Positions 48,077 through 57,949 of a stretch of DNA of 64,000 bases are shown here, one piece after another (position 1 is the first letter of the stretch; every line of letters begins with the position of its first letter). Source of the stretch: Alphaproteobacteria bacterium (GTDB lineage Bacteria > Pseudomonadota > Alphaproteobacteria > SP197); NCBI GenBank assembly GCA_964291415.2, contig OZ219918.1, positions 128,001 to 192,000 on the forward strand, read 5' to 3'. The notes beneath the pieces were generated by a model, which saw only the letters and a list, made by a program, of their open reading frames with translations, was not told where the DNA came from and made no database searches. A program made the translations under genes and the position numbers.

Positions 48077-49264
48077 ATGCGCCAGCCTCCCCGGCGCAGG
48101 CCGTCCCTGCTTGTCCTGGTGATGATCTCGTCGATCGGTCCCCTGGCGCTGCAGGTCCTGGTCCCGGCGATGCCGGGCCTCGCCAGCGACTTCCACACGG
48201 ATTTTTCCGTCACCCAGATGTCTCTTTCGGTCTACCTGATCGGCATTGTGGCGGGGCAACTCGTCTATGGCCCCCTCTCCGACCGGTTCGGCCGCCGCCC
48301 GGTCCTCATCGCAGGGCTCGTGGTCTATGTCGGCGGCACACTCTTTTGCCTGGTGGCCTGGGACATCGGGGCGCTCATCATCGGCCGGGCGTTCCAGGCG
48401 TTGGGCGGCAGTGCCGGGATCGTGCTGGCGCGCGCCATCATCAGGGACATCCACGATCGCGAGGGATCGGCGCAGATGCTCGCCTATGTCACGGCGTGCA
48501 TGATTGTCGCTCCGATGATCGGCGCCATCGCCGGCGGCTACCTCTACGAGTGGTATGGCTGGCAGTCGGTCATGCTGCTGGCACTGGCCATCGGTCTTCT
48601 CGTCACCGGGGTCTGCATCGTTGTCCTGAGCGAAACCAACACGAGGCGCACGTCCCGCACCTCGATTCGGGACATGACGAGGGATTGGGCGCGCCTCCTC
48701 GGCAAGCGCCTGTTCCTGGGCTACGCCCTGCAGGTCTCCTTTACCACGGCAGCGTTCTTCACATTCCTGGGAGGCGCATCGGCGGTGGCGGTGGACATCT
48801 ACGGCCGAAGTCCGTCTGAGTACGCCCTCTTGTTCATGCTGGTTCCAGGCAGCTACATGACCGGCAACGTCATCTCCGGGCGCATCGGCCGGCGAGTCGG
48901 CATCGACCGGAAGATCACCATCGGGGCCTCGCTGTCGTCCGCGGCGGCTCTCGTGATGATGGTCCTTTTCGTTTCCGGCTGGTTCGGGCTGATCCACTTC
49001 TTCGTGCTGGCCGGCGTGATGTCCCTGGGCAACGGCTTCAGCATGCCCAACGGCTTCGCCGGCATCGTCAGCGTCGAGCCCGGCCGCGCCGGTACGGCAT
49101 CCGGCCTCTCCGGCGCCATGCAGATGGGCCTGGGCGCCACGGCCATGACAATCGTCGGCCACACCCTGACGGATAGCCCGATGCCGGTGATTGTCATCAT
49201 GTTCGTCCTTGCGCTGCTGGCGCTGATCGCCCATTTGCATGGCACGAGAGGGAACGTACCTTGA
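48077..49264 (+). CDS. Bcr/CflA-family MFS efflux transporter
   Basis: GQLVYGPLSDRFGRRPVL, RAFQALGG and AGTASGL motifs. Confidence 0.9.
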   Translation: MRQPPRRRPSLLVLVMISSIGPLALQVLVPAMPGLASDFHTDFSVTQMSLSVYLIGIVAGQLVYGPLSDRFGRRPVLIAGLVVYVGGTLFCLVAWDIGALIIGRAFQALGGSAGIVLARAIIRDIHDREGSAQMLAYVTACMIVAPMIGAIAGGYLYEWYGWQSVMLLALAIGLLVTGVCIVVLSETNTRRTSRTSIRDMTRDWARLLGKRLFLGYALQVSFTTAAFFTFLGGASAVAVDIYGRSPSEYALLFMLVPGSYMTGNVISGRIGRRVGIDRKITIGASLSSAAALVMMVLFVSGWFGLIHFFVLAGVMSLGNGFSMPNGFAGIVSVEPGRAGTASGLSGAMQMGLGATAMTIVGHTLTDSPMPVIVIMFVLALLALIAHLHGTRGNVP

Positions 49265-49289
49265 TGACGAAGAACCGGGAGATTCAACG

Positions 49290-50261
49290 TTGAAAGCCTT
49301 GCTGTGCCGCGCGTGGGGGGGACCCGAAAACCTCGTCGTGGGCGATGTGCCCGAACCTGAGCCCGGTCCCGGGGAAATCGTCGTCCGTGTCGAAGGCTGT
49401 GGAGTCAATTTCGCCGACACCCTCATCATCCAGGGCACGTACCAGGTGAAACCCGAACACCCCTTCACGCCGGGCATGGAAGTGGCCGGCACGGTCCTCA
49501 AGGCCGGGTCCGGGGTTGAGGACTTCAGACCAGGCGACGCGGTCATCGGCATGCCCGGCGTCGGTGGTTTCGCCGAGCAGGTGGTGTGCAAGGCCTCTCA
49601 GGCGATGCGGCGTCCCGCCGGAATCGATGCCGTGACAGCCGCCGCCATTCCCATCGTCTACGGCACGGCGCACATCGGCCTCGAGGTGCGGGGCATGCTT
49701 CAACCGGGCGAGAGTCTCCTCGTGCACGGAGCGTCCGGCGGCGTCGGCCTCGCCGCGGTCGAGGTGGGCAAGGCCATGGGCGCCCTCGTCATCGCCACGG
49801 CGAGCAGTGCCGACAAGCTGGAGACGGCACGCCGTCACGGTGCGGACCATGTCATCGACTATCGCGCCGGTGAGTTCCGCAACGAAGTCAAGGAAATCAC
49901 GAAGGGCGGCGCCGACGTCATCTTTGATCCCGTGGGTGGTGACGTCTTCGACCAGTCATTGCGCTGCATTGCCTGGGAAGGGCGACTGCTGACCATCGGA
50001 TTTGCCTCGGGACGCATCCCCCAGGCTCCTGCCAACATCCTGCTGGTCAAGAACATCTCCGTCATCGGCGTTCACTGGTCCAACTACCGCGAACGCCAGC
50101 CCGCACTCCTCAGGCACTCGTTCGAGCGGATCTTCGGGTGGATCTCCGAAGGCACGCTGCGCCCGCTGGTCTCGAGGACCTACACGCTCGCGGAGGCGCC
50201 GCAAGCACTCGCCGACCTCGCCGGCCGCCGGGCCCATGGCAAGATCGTGGTCACTCCCTGA
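49290..50261 (+). CDS. NADPH:quinone oxidoreductase family (MDR) protein
   Basis: GVNFAD...G.YQ.KP..PFTPG.E, HGASGGVG and IGFASG motifs; TTG start after GGAG. Confidence 0.85.
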   Translation: MKALLCRAWGGPENLVVGDVPEPEPGPGEIVVRVEGCGVNFADTLIIQGTYQVKPEHPFTPGMEVAGTVLKAGSGVEDFRPGDAVIGMPGVGGFAEQVVCKASQAMRRPAGIDAVTAAAIPIVYGTAHIGLEVRGMLQPGESLLVHGASGGVGLAAVEVGKAMGALVIATASSADKLETARRHGADHVIDYRAGEFRNEVKEITKGGADVIFDPVGGDVFDQSLRCIAWEGRLLTIGFASGRIPQAPANILLVKNISVIGVHWSNYRERQPALLRHSFERIFGWISEGTLRPLVSRTYTLAEAPQALADLAGRRAHGKIVVTP

Positions 50262-50279
50262 CATGACGAGGACAACGTG

Positions 50280-51059
50280 ATGCGACATGAGGGCAAGGTT
50301 GCGGTGGTGACCGGGGCGGCCCAGGGAATCGGGCTCGCCTGCGCCAGCCGGCTTGCGGGAGAGGGTGCTCTGGTCGTCATGGGGGATATCCAGGGGGCGA
50401 AGGTCGCCGAAGAGGCAGAGGCACTGGGCGCCGTCGCCATGACCACGGACGTGTCGCGCCGCGAGGACGTCGACGCCCTGGTCCGGTGCGCCGTCGAGAC
50501 GCACGACCGCCTCGACATCATGGTCAACAATGCCGGCGTGGGCTTCAGCGCCGGCGTTCTGGACATCGAGGAGGAGGATTTCGACCGCATCCTCGGCGTC
50601 AATCTCAAGGGAGTCCTGTTTGGTTCACAAGCCGCTGCGCGCGTCATGGTGGAGCAGGCATCCGGCGGCGCCATCGTCAACATGTCGTCGGTCCAGGCCG
50701 AGCTTGCCATTCCCAACAGTGTCGCCTACGGCGTCTCGAAGGCGGGGATCAACCAGCTGACGAGGATCTTCTCCGTCGCCCTGGCAAGCCGCAATGTCAG
50801 GTGCAATGCCGTGGGGCCCGGCACCATCCTCACCGACATGGCGCGAGGCGCCGTCCTTTCCAGCGACGAGGCCTACCGGATGATCCTGTCGCGCACGCCG
50901 CTGGGTCGACTGGGCGCAGCGGACGAGGTCGCCTCCGTCGTCTCGTTCCTGGCAAGCGACGATGCAGCCTATGTCACGGGCCAGGTCATCTATCCCGACG
51001 GCGGACGCATGCCGGTGAACTACACCGTGCCGGTGGACACACTGCCCGCGATCGAGTGA
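50280..51059 (+). CDS. Short-chain dehydrogenase/reductase
   Basis: TGAAQGIG, VNNAG and YGVSKAG motifs. Confidence 0.9.
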   Translation: MRHEGKVAVVTGAAQGIGLACASRLAGEGALVVMGDIQGAKVAEEAEALGAVAMTTDVSRREDVDALVRCAVETHDRLDIMVNNAGVGFSAGVLDIEEEDFDRILGVNLKGVLFGSQAAARVMVEQASGGAIVNMSSVQAELAIPNSVAYGVSKAGINQLTRIFSVALASRNVRCNAVGPGTILTDMARGAVLSSDEAYRMILSRTPLGRLGAADEVASVVSFLASDDAAYVTGQVIYPDGGRMPVNYTVPVDTLPAIE

Positions 51060-51062
51060 CGC

Positions 51063-52013
51063 ATGATCCCGGCGCTCCTCGACTGCGACACGGGCCATGA
51101 CGACGCCATGGCCATCCTCATGGCCGGGCAGCGGCTCGATCTGCGGGGAGTGACCACGGTCTTCGGCAACGCGACCGTCGCCGATACCACGGCCAACACC
51201 TGCCGGATCCTGGAACTCGCCAGACTCGTCGATGTTCCCGTCGCCGTCGGTGCTGCCGCGCCCCTGGAGGGCGCCTTTGTCCATGAAGCCGGAGTCCATG
51301 GCATGACGGGAATGGATGGACACGACCTGCCGTCACCGGCGGTCCGCCCCATCGACGAACCGGCTGCGGACTTCGTGGCCCGTACTGCTGCCGCCACCAG
51401 GGGACTCCATCTCGTCGCCACCGGCCCGCTCACCAACATCGCTCAAGCCCTGACGTCCTTTCCGGGAACACGGACGGCCCTCGCCGGAATCAGCATCATG
51501 GGAGGATCGACCGGTCTGGGCAACGCCACCCCGGTTGCCGAGTACAACATCCAGGCCGATCCGAAGGCTGCCGACATCGTCTTCGCCAGCGGCATTCCGA
51601 TTCGCATGGTGGGGCTCAATGTCACCCGCCAGGTGGCGGCAACGCCAGAGCGGCGGCGGCATCTGCGAAGCCTCGGCAACCGCACGGGCCAGGTGGTGGC
51701 CGATCTCCTCGACTACTTCAGCGAACGGCTCGAGGAACGCTATGGGCTCGCCGGGGCATCGATGCATGATCCCCTTGCCGTGGCGGCGCTTTGCGATCCC
51801 GACATTTTGCGATTCGAGGCCATGGAGGTGAGAATCGAAAGGGAGGGGGCCCATACCACGGGCATGACGGTGTGCGACCTTCGCCACTTGTGTCCATTGA
51901 CCCTGCGTCGTCAGCGGGATCCTCTGGGTTGTCCCAACGCCGAGGTTGCGGTGGCCGTGGATGCTGGTCTCTTCTGGGAGCGATTCATCGACGTGGTGGC
52001 AGACTGCCCATGA
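51063..52013 (+). CDS. Nucleoside hydrolase (IUNH family)
   Basis: DCDTGHDDAMA, TGPLTN, AEYN..ADP and MHDP motifs. Confidence 0.9.
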   Translation: MIPALLDCDTGHDDAMAILMAGQRLDLRGVTTVFGNATVADTTANTCRILELARLVDVPVAVGAAAPLEGAFVHEAGVHGMTGMDGHDLPSPAVRPIDEPAADFVARTAAATRGLHLVATGPLTNIAQALTSFPGTRTALAGISIMGGSTGLGNATPVAEYNIQADPKAADIVFASGIPIRMVGLNVTRQVAATPERRRHLRSLGNRTGQVVADLLDYFSERLEERYGLAGASMHDPLAVAALCDPDILRFEAMEVRIEREGAHTTGMTVCDLRHLCPLTLRRQRDPLGCPNAEVAVAVDAGLFWERFIDVVADCP

Positions 52014-53161
52014 GAAACGAACCGGAATTCGACACCGACGAGATGCTGGAGGGCCTCGGCACATGGGTGCTCGTCGAGAGCCCCACCGACGTGCCCGAGG
52101 GCGTCAATGCCATGATGGACCTCGCAGAAGCCGAGATGGTGTCGCTGGGAGCGGCCATCAGCCGGGAACCGGGAGGCGACGGGTACGGCGACCTGCTCGT
52201 CGCCCGCGTGGAAGGCGCAAGCGAGGACAAGGGCATTCTGGTTCTCGGCCATCTCGATACCGTGCACGGCGTCGGCACTCTGGCCGGCCCACTCCCGTTC
52301 CGCCGCGACGGGGACCGGCTCTACGGTCCGGGCATCTACGACATGAAGGGCGGCATGTATGCCGCCTGCTATGCCATGAAGCAGCTGTTGCGCGCCGGCC
52401 GTACGCCCGTTCTTCCGGTGACCTTCATGTTCATTCCCAACGAGGAGGTGGGCAGCCCGACGACCCGGCAGCGCATAGAGGACGAGGCGCGGCGCCACCA
52501 GTATGTCCTGGTTCCGGAACCTGCCAAGCAGGGCCGGCTGGTGACCGGACGTCACGGCATCGCGCGCTACGTCGTGACCACCAGGGGCAGACCCTCCCAT
52601 GCCGGGGCGACCCTCGCCCGGGGTGCGAGCGCCATCCGTGAAATGGCCCACCAGATTCACGCCATCGAGACGAAGTCGGACCACCGCACCGGGACCACGA
52701 TGAGTGTCGGCATCGTCAACGGCGGCACGTTCGTCAACGTCGTTCCGATAGAGTGCCGTGCCGAGGTTCTGGCGGTCTTTCCCACCCGCGAGGCCTTCGA
52801 TTCCATTGCCGCCACCATGTCCTCCCTGAAGCCGGTCAACGCGGACGTCACGATCACCGTGGAGCCCGGACCGGTGCGGCCGCTCTTCGAACCGGGAGCG
52901 GAAACGCTCGCTCTCTATTCCCGCGCCGAGAAGATCGCCGGAGCAATCGGCTTCGTACCGGGCCATGGCAGCTTCGGCGGCGGCAGCGACGGCAACTTCA
53001 CCGGTGCGCTCGGCATTCCCACGCTCGACGGCCTCGGGTTGTGCGGCGACGGCGCCCATACGCACGACGAGCACATCCTCGTCTCCTCCCTGGTTCCCAG
53101 GGCGCGCCTTCTGGCCGGTCTTCTCGAAAGCCTCGGTGATCCGGAACCCGACACCCGATGA
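52010..53161 (+). CDS. M20 metallopeptidase (glutamate carboxypeptidase-like)
   Basis: GHLDTV, GPGIYDMKGG, EEVGS, GGGSDGNF and AHT.DEH motifs. Confidence 0.85.
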   Translation: MRNEPEFDTDEMLEGLGTWVLVESPTDVPEGVNAMMDLAEAEMVSLGAAISREPGGDGYGDLLVARVEGASEDKGILVLGHLDTVHGVGTLAGPLPFRRDGDRLYGPGIYDMKGGMYAACYAMKQLLRAGRTPVLPVTFMFIPNEEVGSPTTRQRIEDEARRHQYVLVPEPAKQGRLVTGRHGIARYVVTTRGRPSHAGATLARGASAIREMAHQIHAIETKSDHRTGTTMSVGIVNGGTFVNVVPIECRAEVLAVFPTREAFDSIAATMSSLKPVNADVTITVEPGPVRPLFEPGAETLALYSRAEKIAGAIGFVPGHGSFGGGSDGNFTGALGIPTLDGLGLCGDGAHTHDEHILVSSLVPRARLLAGLLESLGDPEPDTR

Positions 53162-53216
53162 ACGGCAGAGTCGCGACCTCTGCGTCGCGCTGTCCGTCCG
53201 GCGTGGTGAGCGACAC
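53158..53216 (-). pseudogene. Displaced 3'-end remnant of a dmdA-like gene
   Basis: Reads VSLTTPDGQRDAEVATLPFI versus dmdA C-terminus VTVTTPDGERDGEVTDLPFI; 47/59 nt identical to 59136-59194. Confidence 0.65.
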
Positions 53217-53485
53217 AACCCACCGGGACATGCCATCACGTGACGCCATTGATTCCAATCAGGGGAATCAATGCCCCGGCTGAAGGGGCGATCAGCAACG
53301 CCGTTCGTGTCCGTTCGCCCGGGCCGAGACCCAGCTCGCCGCACGATCCCGCACTTGAGAGGCGCATCCCGAAGGCAGTGCTCATTGCCGTGCCCGCCGA
53401 AAATTCGGGGTCAATGGCCATTCTCGGGCGCAGAATTCGGGAAAGCGCAAACCGCAAGGTCTGTGACGCGGCAGTCCAGGCGCGT

Positions 53486-54604
53486 TCAGCCGCCGTGGCG
53501 TTCCAGAGCTTCGAGCACCTGTGAATGGAAGGTATGCAGCGGAACCTCGGAGAACCACGAGTCCTCAGGGTCGCAAACATAGCGTCCCTGATCGTAGCCC
53601 AGGCTCGACAGGCCTCGCTGGACGCTTTCGACGATGGCGATATCCTGCTGGTTGAAGTGATCCATGAACAGGCTCTTCACGGCAAGAAGCTTGGGATCGA
53701 CGGGCCCCTCGGGGGCATAGATGTCCACGCGTTCCGCGCATCGGCCGACACCGTTCGGGAGCATTCGCAGCACCAGCAGGTTTCTGGAACCCGGCAAGCT
53801 CAACATGTTCAGCGTTGGCCAGGCCATCCACGCGACGTAGGGGGAGCCGGCCTCGATCTCGAGACCCTCGAACCCCGTCCGGCTGCGATAGAGGAAATAG
53901 GAGAACCGTTCCTCCTGGACGAAATCGTCAAGGCCTTCGTCCAGCACCCGGGCAAGTTCCGGGTGCGCGACAGGAATGTGATAGGCCTCCGCGAAGTTGT
54001 CGACGACGACTTTCCAGTTCGCTTCGATATCGTAGTGGAGACGTTCCACCGCGACGAAGTTCTCGATGTCCGGCAGATGCCGCGTGATTGTCCCGCCGAA
54101 CCGGCCCATCGTCGTCTCGAACGGTTCGCATCCGGAATCGAGATTGACGAACAGCAGGCCCGCGCTCTCGGCGACGTTGATTCTCCGCAGGGAGAATTGC
54201 CCACGATCGAAGTTCGCGAGCGACTCGGTGTGCGGTGCGTTCCGCAGCGTGCCGTCAAGGCCGTAGAACCACGCGTGATAGGGACAGGTGATGCCGACCT
54301 TGAGTGAACCGCGTCCCTTGAGCAGTTCATGGCCCCGGTGCTGACAGACGTTGAAGTATGCCCGGACCTGACCGCCTTGATCGCGCAGCACGACGATCGG
54401 CTGTCCTGCGATGCTGTCGGTAAAGTAGTCCCCGGGGCCGGGAATGTCGCTGACATGTCCGACATAGCACCAGCTCTTGCAGTGGACGGCGTGAAGCTCG
54501 CGCCGGTAGATGTCGTTATCGGTGTAGTAGCGCGACGGCAGGGTCGGCGATTCCAGGTGGTTTGTCCGGAAGGACCCTCGTTCGCCGACGGGCTGCTCGG
54601 TCAT
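53486..54604 (-). CDS. Rieske non-heme iron oxygenase alpha subunit (carnitine/choline/betaine monooxygenase-like)
   Basis: CQHRG...CPYHAW Rieske ligands; NWK..DNFAEAYH...AHP and QD...ESVQRG motifs. Confidence 0.85.
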   Translation of the reverse strand: MTEQPVGERGSFRTNHLESPTLPSRYYTDNDIYRRELHAVHCKSWCYVGHVSDIPGPGDYFTDSIAGQPIVVLRDQGGQVRAYFNVCQHRGHELLKGRGSLKVGITCPYHAWFYGLDGTLRNAPHTESLANFDRGQFSLRRINVAESAGLLFVNLDSGCEPFETTMGRFGGTITRHLPDIENFVAVERLHYDIEANWKVVVDNFAEAYHIPVAHPELARVLDEGLDDFVQEERFSYFLYRSRTGFEGLEIEAGSPYVAWMAWPTLNMLSLPGSRNLLVLRMLPNGVGRCAERVDIYAPEGPVDPKLLAVKSLFMDHFNQQDIAIVESVQRGLSSLGYDQGRYVCDPEDSWFSEVPLHTFHSQVLEALERHGG

Positions 54605-54609
54605 GCTGG

Positions 54610-56649
54610 CTATTCATCCCATGGTTGGGGCAGGGGCGGCGGCGTCATCCCGGTTGGATTGTCCAGGGCGCGGGCCCAACCATGCCCGGCGTGGACCGCG
54701 CCCGCAATCAGATGCGGCGCATCGCAATCGCCGATTTTCGAGATTGTGACCGGAGCATCCCGCGGCACATTGGCGCACAGGTCCCGATAGAGCGAGTCAT
54801 CGGGTGCGCGCGATGTCAGCAACACGACCGACGAGGCCGGCAGGTCGAGGCCTTCGCCCCCGTGAACGCAGTCGAGAACGACGTGATCATCGGCGATCCT
54901 GTTCATGGATTTCAGGCGCACGACCGGAATGTCGAGCTCGACCATGCGAGCGGCAACGACGTGCTGTTCCATCGTCAGGGCCAGGAAGGGAGCGATTTCC
55001 GATGCCGGTGTCACCAGCGTGACATCGAGCCCGATCGACTTGAGCAGCTCCGCAATGACGTTGCCGAGATACGTGCCGTCCTCGTCGTAGACGACGACCC
55101 GCCCGGTCGGAACCATGCCGTCCATGATGTCGTCGGGCGTCAGAACCTGAGCACCGGCAGAAACCGCCAAGGGTTCGGCCGACCATCGGCCGCGGCCGTC
55201 GCGCCGCCAGGTCGCGCCTGTCGCCACGACGATGTGCTGCGCGCCGAAGGAGAGTGCCGTCTCGGCATCCAGGGCGCTGGCGGAGTAGAGTTCGGCGTTG
55301 GCCATTTGCTGCAGTCCGTGGACGCGGTGATCGGCGACTCGCGACCATTCGCCCAGCCCGGGAAGAGCGCTTTCCCGCAGCACGCGTCCGCCCATCTCCT
55401 CGCGTGCCTCGGCGACCGTGACCGTGTAGCCACGGCGGGCGAGGACGTGGGCGCACTCAAGGCCTGCAGGTCCTCCTCCAATGACGAGGATCGTATCGTC
55501 CGAACCTGCTGACGGCAGGTTCTCGGGATGCCATCCGCGCCGCAACTCCTCCATCATCGTCGGGTTCTGCGTGCAGCGAATGGGCGAATAGGAAAACTCG
55601 CCCGAGACGCAGACGTTGCAGCCGATGCACTCGCGAATGTCATCGGATCGCCCCTCCCGGATCTTGCGAGGCAAGAACGGATCGGCGATTGACGGACGTG
55701 CCGCCCCCACAAGGTCAACGATGCCCCGCCGAACCTGCGACACCATGGTGTCGGGCGACGTGAAGCGCCCGACGCCGACCACCGGCTTGTCGACGACCGA
55801 TTTGACGAACGCCGTGTCCTGCTCCTGGAAGCCCTCCTTCGCAAAGCGGGATGTCTGGGAATCCGCCGGCCATTCGGAAATGTTGACATCCCACAGATCC
55901 GGGATGTCCTTGAGCATCTCCACCAGTTCACGGCCCTGGACGGGATCGTTGTCGATCTCGTTGACGGCAAAGCGCAACGCCACGGCGCAGCCATCGCCGA
56001 TGTCTTCCTTCATGTCCTCGAGAGCCTCGCGCAGCAACCGCGCACGATTCTCCAGAGAACCACCGTACTCGTCTCTCCTGTCGTTGAAACGCCGCTGCAG
56101 GAACTGGCTGAAGATCGACAGACCATGACTTGCGTAGGCGTAAACAACATCGAAGCCGGCGGAACGTGCGCGCCGGGCGGCGGCCCGGTGCTGTTCGCGC
56201 ACACGCCGGATGTCGCCAGCGTCCATGGCCCGCGACTGGAACGGTTCCACCGACTCGAGCGTGAGATGTGATGCCGGTGCCAGAACGGCGAGACGGTTCG
56301 CCCGGTTTCCGGAAGCCAGCCCAAGGTGTCCCAGTTCGACCGCGGCAAGGGCGCCGTGGAGATGAATGGCGTCGGCAATCCTGGCAATCGGGGCGATATG
56401 GTTGTCATTCCAGAGATGGAGGGACGGATACGGCCAGAACTCGGATTCGGGTCCGACCTCTGCGAGTTCGGTCGAAACGATACCCCAGCCGCCTTCCGCC
56501 TTGATCGCGCGCATGCGGGCAACAGCTTCCGGCGCCAGGTCGCTCACACCGGTGCAGTGAGGCACCTGAACGAAGCGATTGGGGGCCGTGACCGGCCCGA
56601 TCCGGACCTCCTCGAACAGTATGTCGTACCGTGGGTCACGTTGCGTCAT
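54610..56649 (-). CDS. Trimethylamine/histamine dehydrogenase-family flavin/[4Fe-4S] oxidoreductase
   Basis: RDPRYDILF...NRF.QVPHC (covalent-FMN Cys), YGGSLENR, CIGCNVC...C and GGGPAG motifs. Confidence 0.85.
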   Translation of the reverse strand: MTQRDPRYDILFEEVRIGPVTAPNRFVQVPHCTGVSDLAPEAVARMRAIKAEGGWGIVSTELAEVGPESEFWPYPSLHLWNDNHIAPIARIADAIHLHGALAAVELGHLGLASGNRANRLAVLAPASHLTLESVEPFQSRAMDAGDIRRVREQHRAAARRARSAGFDVVYAYASHGLSIFSQFLQRRFNDRRDEYGGSLENRARLLREALEDMKEDIGDGCAVALRFAVNEIDNDPVQGRELVEMLKDIPDLWDVNISEWPADSQTSRFAKEGFQEQDTAFVKSVVDKPVVGVGRFTSPDTMVSQVRRGIVDLVGAARPSIADPFLPRKIREGRSDDIRECIGCNVCVSGEFSYSPIRCTQNPTMMEELRRGWHPENLPSAGSDDTILVIGGGPAGLECAHVLARRGYTVTVAEAREEMGGRVLRESALPGLGEWSRVADHRVHGLQQMANAELYSASALDAETALSFGAQHIVVATGATWRRDGRGRWSAEPLAVSAGAQVLTPDDIMDGMVPTGRVVVYDEDGTYLGNVIAELLKSIGLDVTLVTPASEIAPFLALTMEQHVVAARMVELDIPVVRLKSMNRIADDHVVLDCVHGGEGLDLPASSVVLLTSRAPDDSLYRDLCANVPRDAPVTISKIGDCDAPHLIAGAVHAGHGWARALDNPTGMTPPPLPQPWDE

Positions 56650-56713
56650 GTCGTCGGTTCCCGTCCAGGTTCAACGGGGCGGCAGCCTTGGGTGACCACC
56701 ACCCCGGGGCACG

Positions 56714-57814
56714 CTACAGTCCCGCCTTGACTTCCTCGAAAAGGAACTGGAGGTCGGACTCGCCCTGAATCGGCTGCTGGTAGATCCCCGCCGCGAGAAT
56801 CTCCTGGGGATTCTTCGACAGTCCGAGTGCCGTAAGCACATCTTCGCTCACGAGGTCGAAGGCCGACTGCGTGGCGGCACCGTAACCGAACACCTCCATC
56901 TCGTATGCGCGCGAGCGCGGATCGAGAAAGGCGTTGATCAACGCATGGGCCTTGTCCGGGTATGGACTGTCCGTCGCAATCGACAGGCCACAAACCCAGG
57001 TCATGGCGCCTTCCTTCGGATTCATGAAGGCGACCGGAAGACCCTGGCTCTTGAGGCGGACGACCGACTCGTTCCAGGTCGTGGCGGCGATCAGTTCGCC
57101 GCTGGCCAGACCCTGCTCCATGCCCGTGTAGTCATTCGAGTAGTAGCGCAGATTGGCGGTCAAATCCTCGAGATAGGGACGGATCGTGTCGAGTGCGTCC
57201 TGCGTGGAATAGTCAAATGGGTTGTCGAGACCCGCGACGATTCCGGCGATGACAACGCCATCAACGAGACTGTCGAATGCCGCCACCTGTCCCCTGTATT
57301 TGGGGTCCCAGAGAATCATCCAGGATTCGTCGTCGACATATTCCGGCGCGAGATCGGTTCGATAGAGAATTGAGGTGAGACCCCAGTCCACCGGCACCCA
57401 GTAGTGGTCGCCGTCGATGGTGCTTCCCGGAACGTCCTTCAATGCCGGGATGATGTCGCCCCAGTTGGCGAGGCGAGAGACATCGACAGGCTGGAGCAGG
57501 CCCGAATCGACCCACTTCTTGATGCTGTAGTTGCAGGGGAACACCACGTCGGGGGCAAAGCCCGCGCGCATCTTGGCGATGCCCTCTTCCTCGTCGCCCC
57601 AGAACGTGAAGTTCGGAGCACCGCCTTCCTGTTCGACATAGGCCTGCCAGAGATTCTCGTCATCGTAGCCGGCCCATCCGAAGTAGGTGGCCTGGCCGTC
57701 ATCGGCCCGCACGCCCTGGCTGGTCGAGGCAAGGTGGAACGTTGGAACGACGCCCGCTGCCGTCAACCCGGCCAACACGTTGCGGCGGTTCAGCGCAACA
57801 AGGGGATGTTTCAC
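56714..57814 (-). CDS. PotD/PotF-type ABC substrate-binding protein, Tat signal
   Basis: NRRNVL signal; FGWAGY, VPVDWG and PKEGAMTW motifs; AAGGAGG precedes GTG. Confidence 0.8.
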   Translation of the reverse strand: MKHPLVALNRRNVLAGLTAAGVVPTFHLASTSQGVRADDGQATYFGWAGYDDENLWQAYVEQEGGAPNFTFWGDEEEGIAKMRAGFAPDVVFPCNYSIKKWVDSGLLQPVDVSRLANWGDIIPALKDVPGSTIDGDHYWVPVDWGLTSILYRTDLAPEYVDDESWMILWDPKYRGQVAAFDSLVDGVVIAGIVAGLDNPFDYSTQDALDTIRPYLEDLTANLRYYSNDYTGMEQGLASGELIAATTWNESVVRLKSQGLPVAFMNPKEGAMTWVCGLSIATDSPYPDKAHALINAFLDPRSRAYEMEVFGYGAATQSAFDLVSEDVLTALGLSKNPQEILAAGIYQQPIQGESDLQFLFEEVKAGL

Positions 57815-57906
57815 GGTAGCCTCCTTTGATCGTCTTCGCATGTCGGTGTGGGTTCCGGACCCACGATTGGCGACCAGTATCGGTTTGGCAGACGGCACGG
57901 TTCAAT

Positions 57907-57922
57907 TGTCCCACTTGGGACA
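57907..57922. promoter_or_regulatory. Palindromic operator between the divergent SBP and LuxR genes
   Basis: TGTCCCA-CT-TGGGACA, perfect 7-bp arms. Confidence 0.5.
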
Positions 57923-57949
57923 CACGGCAATCAGCACTATGATTGTTCC